From: Meyerozyma guilliermondii
Taxonomy: Eukaryota
Assembly: GCA_051546255.1 (NCBI GenBank)
Contig: CP128820.1
Coordinates: forward strand, 620,001 to 684,000
Direction of reading: 5' to 3'
DNA length: 64,000 bases
Positions within the stretch are counted from its first letter, which is position 1. Each line of letters opens with the position of its first letter. The position numbers and the translations under genes are program-made. Of the stretch, positions 59,468 to 64,000 are shown one piece after another. The notes beneath the pieces were generated by a model that was given only the letters and a program-made list of their open reading frames with translations, was not told the DNA's origin and did no database searches.

Positions 59468-60292
59468 ATGGCCACGTCTGTAATCAAGTCATGGGCGGAT
59501 GCCGAGGACGAAATACCGGCTGCTGAGGTGATAAACAACCCTGATGGCACCAAGACAGTGATCAACTACCGTATGAATGCTAACGGTCAAAAAATAAGAC
59601 ACATACAAAAAATCAGAGAGGTGAAAGTGAAAGAAAAAGTGCACCCTCTTATTGCCATGCGCAAGAACTGGAGCAAATATGGTAAGGAGAAGGACATGCC
59701 TGCTGGACCGGACGCCAGAACCACGCAGCTAGGCGAAGTCGTCGAGTTGAAGCTCGGAACATCATGGAAGGAGATCGAGAAAGAAGAGGAAGAACAAAAG
59801 GCCGAACAGACACAACAGATTGTATCCAACCAGAGAATCAAATGTAGAACTTGTGGAGGCAACCATTTCACATCCAAGTGTCCTTTCAAAGACACTCTTA
59901 TCAGCGATTCGGCCAATACTTCTGCGGCTGCTACTCCAGAGCCCGATACCGATGCTTCTGGCAAATATGTGCCACCTTCGTTAAGAAAGGGTGCTGGTGC
60001 CGTGAGGGACATGAGTGGAAGAGACAGGGACGATTCTACCACATTGAAGATTTCTCAGTTGAACACATTTGTGGACGAAGACATGTTGAGAAACGAGTTG
60101 CTCAAGAGATTCCATCCATTGCAAAGAGTCACTATTGTGCGCAACAGAGAAACCGGCGAGTCGAGAGGATTTGCGTACGTTTCGTTCGTCACCGAGCGCC
60201 AGGCCGAGGAAGCTTTGAACACATTGAACGGAAAGGGTTACCATTCATTGATCTTGCACTTGGAATGGCCCAAGAAGAGAAAGGCTAACTAG
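59468..60292 (+). CDS. TIF35: Translation initiation factor eIF3 subunit g
   Basis: 'SWAD', zinc knuckle 'CRTCGGNHFTSKCP', 'YVPP', RRM 'SRGFAYVSF'; ATG at 59468. Confidence 0.95.
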   Translation: MATSVIKSWADAEDEIPAAEVINNPDGTKTVINYRMNANGQKIRHIQKIREVKVKEKVHPLIAMRKNWSKYGKEKDMPAGPDARTTQLGEVVELKLGTSWKEIEKEEEEQKAEQTQQIVSNQRIKCRTCGGNHFTSKCPFKDTLISDSANTSAAATPEPDTDASGKYVPPSLRKGAGAVRDMSGRDRDDSTTLKISQLNTFVDEDMLRNELLKRFHPLQRVTIVRNRETGESRGFAYVSFVTERQAEEALNTLNGKGYHSLILHLEWPKKRKAN

Positions 60293-60823
60293 ACTGGGGA
60301 GTCACTCTGAGAAGGGATTGTAGTGGTACATTGTGATGTCGTACTACTGCAATACCGTACCATTCTTGTAACCGCAAACTTGCTATTTTTGTGGTACTTC
60401 GTGCGAAATGGCACTATATTTGTGGTACTATTTTTGTGGCTTCTGTGCGACTCGATCTCCGATCTCAGCGATTCTTCTCAACGATCTCAAGATTCAACGG
60501 TTCAAAAATTCATGACGAACACCTGACCATGATCCCCACCCCATATAGCCATGTAGAATAGCATTGACCTGTATCGGAACTCGTAGCAGTCTATCGCCGA
60601 CGCACTTTTGCGGGCTTCTACGGAACCTGGTGTCCGCACCTCCATGCATCGAAGCTGCCTTGCGCTGCTTTGCGCTGCGCGGCTTCCCCGCCACCACAAG
60701 TTTTAAGTTTTCTTACCATTTCTACTTATTTATCTTCTTAGTACTAGGGTTTTTTTTCCACATTTTTGGCGACATAACCATAAATACCACAGTACAGGGT
60801 CCTAGCTATCCGTACCTGTACCA

Positions 60824-63406
60824 ATGGCGTTTCTGGAGGTGAATAGTGGTATGGAATCCAGCCATTCTTCGCCGTCTCCTCCGAAGGTTCCTTTTATGAA
60901 ACGAGTGTTTGGCAAAAAGAGCTCCAATGGGAGCATGACACTGTCCACCACTGGCCAGGGACTGTACCAGAAATCGGCTTTCCAGCAAAAATCCGGAACA
61001 ACGAGTGCCGGAACTCGGTCCCAAAGTCCTCCCGATGGCCGGCCAACGACTCAACGTACGCCGTCTACCGGCACCGCCAATTCATTTGTGGACGTCGACG
61101 GAAGCAGTATCTTTGACGACGCGGAATTTGAAAGCTCCACCGTCATGAATGATACCACAGATGAGTCGTCGGTGCTGTCGCACGAGTCCAGGTCAGCGGC
61201 TTCCATTCCGAAAGACCATAGTTTTCACGACCGGGTCGAGATTCCCCACGCTGAAGTTTCCGGTGCTGATGACCCGACGGCATTTTTCCGGTCGCTAGCT
61301 TGGGAAGGACTCACGTATGAATCGTTCTTGTTCCCCTCGTATATGCGCTTGAGCAGTCGCAAGAGACACATTCCGCCCAAGCTCAACAAACTCTTTTTGG
61401 CCCAGGAGCTCAACGCCGTTCCGGACAAACACACCGATTCCGACGCCGAAAGCCCGCAAAAGTTGGCCGACGGCGCCGCTTCCAAGGCTTCGGATACCGA
61501 TCTGGTATCGGTCAAGGACGATGAAAACACCCATGCCATAGCGTCCCAGCGCGAGATCCTCGTCATGGAATGGAGCAGGGACGGGCGCTACCTCGCCACA
61601 GCAGGCAGAGACCAAATCATCAAGATCTGGAAGGTGGTGTCTTCGCCGCTCGCCAAGTTAGAAAACGAGCGCAAGGTATCTGAAAGTGTTACTCATCGAA
61701 CCAAAAGCAAGGAAAAGATGTTTGAGAATGCTCCTGTGTTTCACCAGAACCCGGTAATGGAGTTTCGGGGCCACTCAAACACCATCTTGTCTCTCGATTG
61801 GAGCAAAAATAACTTTCTCATTTCTGGAGGCATGGACAGAACCGCTCGTCTCTGGCATGTGGACCGTTCAGAGTGTCTCCAGACGTTCAAACACAGCGAC
61901 TTTGTAACCACCGTCAACTTTCATCCCAACGACGACCGGTTTTTCCTTTCTGGCTCGCTAGACAATCGTGTTCGACTTTGGTCCATTCTCGAAAACAGTG
62001 TAGCGTACAACAATGATTTGGGTAACGACATTCTCATCACAGCTACGTGCTTCACCCCAGATGGCGAGCATTGCATGGTGGGCAGTTTCAGTGGCATGTT
62101 GTCGGTGCTCGAAACAAAGGGCCTTCATCTTGTCACAAAGTTCCATGTCAAGAAACGGTCGATATCGAGTGCTTTTCAAAACTCAAACGACAATAAAGTT
62201 ACTGGCATAAAGGTTTTCGAAAACAGAGATTACCAGCCTCTGGTTCAAAATGATTCCCCATTCGCTCGTTGGAATGTCTTGATTACCACCAACGACTCGA
62301 AAATCCGTCTCGTTGATTCTCACCTGAAAAAGCTCGTTACTCGCTTCAAGGGCTTGACGAACCACAGCTCTTCGATAGTGGCGTCTATTACTGAGGACCA
62401 AAATTATATCATCGCTGGTTCCGAAGACCATTGGTGTTACATTTGGGAAAATAATAACTCCACCATCAATAACAAGCTCCGCTCGGCAATGCGAGAGATT
62501 CTTCACGATGGTGTTTCCCAGGTGCACGAATGGGAACAAAAACACAAGAAGTATACGCATTTGTTGCACGATAACAGACTCGTACGGAAACTAAACATGC
62601 ATAAAGATCCGGACGAAGAGCCCAGCCATGATTATCTCTCTAACGAAAACAACAGCTATATATCTTTCCATGCTCACCACTCAAACGTCAATGTTGCAAA
62701 ATTTGCGCCTGAAAGTTCCAAGGTGCTTCTTGACATGTCCGATGATGTTATCTACGACTTGGTGAAACGTGGAAACCGCTGTGGAATATCGAATGAGCTG
62801 GCAAAATCGAAACACAGAGATTACTCACCGGAAGCAGTACCACTGACTACGCCCGACTTGGGCCACATAATTGTCACAACAGATCAATGTGGTCTTATTC
62901 GTGTATTTCGCCAGGACAGCGCTTATGCGGTAAGAAAAGAACTCACTAATCGGTACCGCCGAGCTGTTGCGCGAGGTACTTGTGAGGTCAATGATAAGCA
63001 AGTTTGCGGCCATAGATCAAGAAAAGATCAGTCTCTTCGATTAAAAAAGAAACTACTGAAGAATCGTGCGCTCAGTCCTGCTCGTGATGTGCCCTCGATC
63101 AAGGACATTCTTGGTCGTGGCCACAGAGGAAGCGCCGGTGGAGATTTGTCGCCTCGTACTTCATCTTATTCGATGATGCGTCCTCAGCGTCCATCTCTGC
63201 CAGTCTCATCTGATCTCAAGGTTCCCGTCTCACGAAGAAATCACCTGAGTTCTGTGTCGGAACATCCTGCTTTTAACTTTGACGGAGTCGATATTCCGCT
63301 AATCCACGATGCAGAGTCAGTCGATGATACTCCCAGAAATTCAATCAATGAGCTCAAAGAACAGAAAACGATCTTGAGCAGTGATAAACAGAGGTCGAAG
63401 GTTTGA
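60824..63406 (+). CDS. WD40 protein of the WDR44 / Dgr2 (YMR102C-like) family
   Basis: 'LFLAQEL', 'WSRDGRYLATAG.D', 'ILSLDWSKNNFL', 'H.DFVT...FHPNDDRFFLSGSLD', 'LITTNDSKIRL'. Confidence 0.88.
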   Translation: MAFLEVNSGMESSHSSPSPPKVPFMKRVFGKKSSNGSMTLSTTGQGLYQKSAFQQKSGTTSAGTRSQSPPDGRPTTQRTPSTGTANSFVDVDGSSIFDDAEFESSTVMNDTTDESSVLSHESRSAASIPKDHSFHDRVEIPHAEVSGADDPTAFFRSLAWEGLTYESFLFPSYMRLSSRKRHIPPKLNKLFLAQELNAVPDKHTDSDAESPQKLADGAASKASDTDLVSVKDDENTHAIASQREILVMEWSRDGRYLATAGRDQIIKIWKVVSSPLAKLENERKVSESVTHRTKSKEKMFENAPVFHQNPVMEFRGHSNTILSLDWSKNNFLISGGMDRTARLWHVDRSECLQTFKHSDFVTTVNFHPNDDRFFLSGSLDNRVRLWSILENSVAYNNDLGNDILITATCFTPDGEHCMVGSFSGMLSVLETKGLHLVTKFHVKKRSISSAFQNSNDNKVTGIKVFENRDYQPLVQNDSPFARWNVLITTNDSKIRLVDSHLKKLVTRFKGLTNHSSSIVASITEDQNYIIAGSEDHWCYIWENNNSTINNKLRSAMREILHDGVSQVHEWEQKHKKYTHLLHDNRLVRKLNMHKDPDEEPSHDYLSNENNSYISFHAHHSNVNVAKFAPESSKVLLDMSDDVIYDLVKRGNRCGISNELAKSKHRDYSPEAVPLTTPDLGHIIVTTDQCGLIRVFRQDSAYAVRKELTNRYRRAVARGTCEVNDKQVCGHRSRKDQSLRLKKKLLKNRALSPARDVPSIKDILGRGHRGSAGGDLSPRTSSYSMMRPQRPSLPVSSDLKVPVSRRNHLSSVSEHPAFNFDGVDIPLIHDAESVDDTPRNSINELKEQKTILSSDKQRSKV

Positions 63407-63506
63407 GCCTTCTGCCCTCCTCAAATTGTGGGAATGAGCAATATGCTCTGTTACTAATAACGCTATTTATGAACCTCGAGCCTTGTATGAAATATATGAA
63501 TGCCAT

Positions 63507-64000
63507 TTATTTTTCTTTAGACGAACTGCTTTGATCCTCAGGTTTGTCGCCGGAAATCTTTTTGAACTTGTTGCTTATCGTAGAATTGAAAGCTCCACCC
63601 AATGCCGACGCATTGGCCCCAATCCTTTCGATCACATCCGGAGTAAGAAGTGCAACCAGTTGGAGCGCTAAAAGTCTCATGGTGTAAACGCATAAATCCT
63701 TTTCACATTGCCATATCTGTTCTTCCCTGCGGCGAGCATTGTTTTGCTCTTCCAAATTGATGCGGACCTCTTTTCGTATCTCAGCATCTTCCTCTTCCTC
63801 ATCATCGTCGTCCAGTTCCATTAAACTTTGCTCCACAGCTTGCGGTGTCACCATAATTGCAGCCACTTCTTCGATTGAAGCACTTTCAGATTCGGACTTT
63901 TTAATCTCTGTACCCTTTAATTGTGCCAATTTGCTTTCATGAACCAAAAATGGGAAAAGCAATCCTTGCTCGGTAAGTATATCGATATTCGTAGTTGCAT
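63507..64000 (-). CDS. IRR1: Probable cohesin subunit Scc3/STAG, C-terminal end (5'-truncated by window edge)
   Basis: Frame is open to the window end; acidic linker followed by 'EKDLCVYTMRL...RIGANASALG', resembling the fungal Scc3 C-terminus. Confidence 0.6.
   Translation of the reverse strand, partial: ATTNIDILTEQGLLFPFLVHESKLAQLKGTEIKKSESESASIEEVAAIMVTPQAVEQSLMELDDDDEEEEDAEIRKEVRINLEEQNNARRREEQIWQCEKDLCVYTMRLLALQLVALLTPDVIERIGANASALGGAFNSTISNKFKKISGDKPEDQSSSSKEK

Noticed and set aside
1..64000. tRNA, rRNA, snRNA genes, LTR/Ty elements
   Set aside because: No intergenic A/B-box cloverleaf, snRNA signature, or gag/pol ORF was recognised by eye; small snoRNAs or solo LTRs could have been missed.

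Overview
Gene-dense eukaryotic DNA from a budding yeast of the CUG-Ser (CTG) clade. CTG codons sit at invariant Ser positions in CLB2, PAH1, the sirtuin and the MFS pump, so the supplied ORF track mistranslates CTG as Leu and often starts ORFs at spurious TTG/GTG codons. Gene content resembles a Debaryomycetaceae yeast such as Meyerozyma (recollection, not verified). I annotate 34 protein genes, mostly housekeeping: SSN2 (partial), a DHA1 MFS pump, a DUF1993 protein, a coiled-coil protein, CLB2, RTT107, epsin, a CxxC protein, DCW1, SNX4, a SIR2-type sirtuin, PTM1, RPN9, SNX41, an MNN2-family enzyme, a TFIIIC subunit, a UsgS-like protein, CHA1, CHL1, a 2OG-Fe oxygenase, NIC96, HNM1, PAH1, two orphan secreted paralogs, two tandem BMT beta-mannosyltransferases, an uncharacterised protein, a GPI adhesin-like protein, NPL3 (45-nt intron), BNA7, TIF35, a WDR44/DGR2-like protein and IRR1/SCC3 (partial). 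No tRNA, rRNA, CRISPR array or transposon was recognised. Most notable: (1) a gene-poor island at 43.8-48.1 kb holding an inverted pair of orphan secreted-protein genes in which CTG aligns with Leu codons, unlike the flanking genes; (2) a 15-bp minisatellite built from Ndt80/MSE-like sites abutting a TATA box; (3) a DUF1993 gene beside a decayed 11-bp satellite and a drug pump. All gene names come from motif recognition, not database searches.
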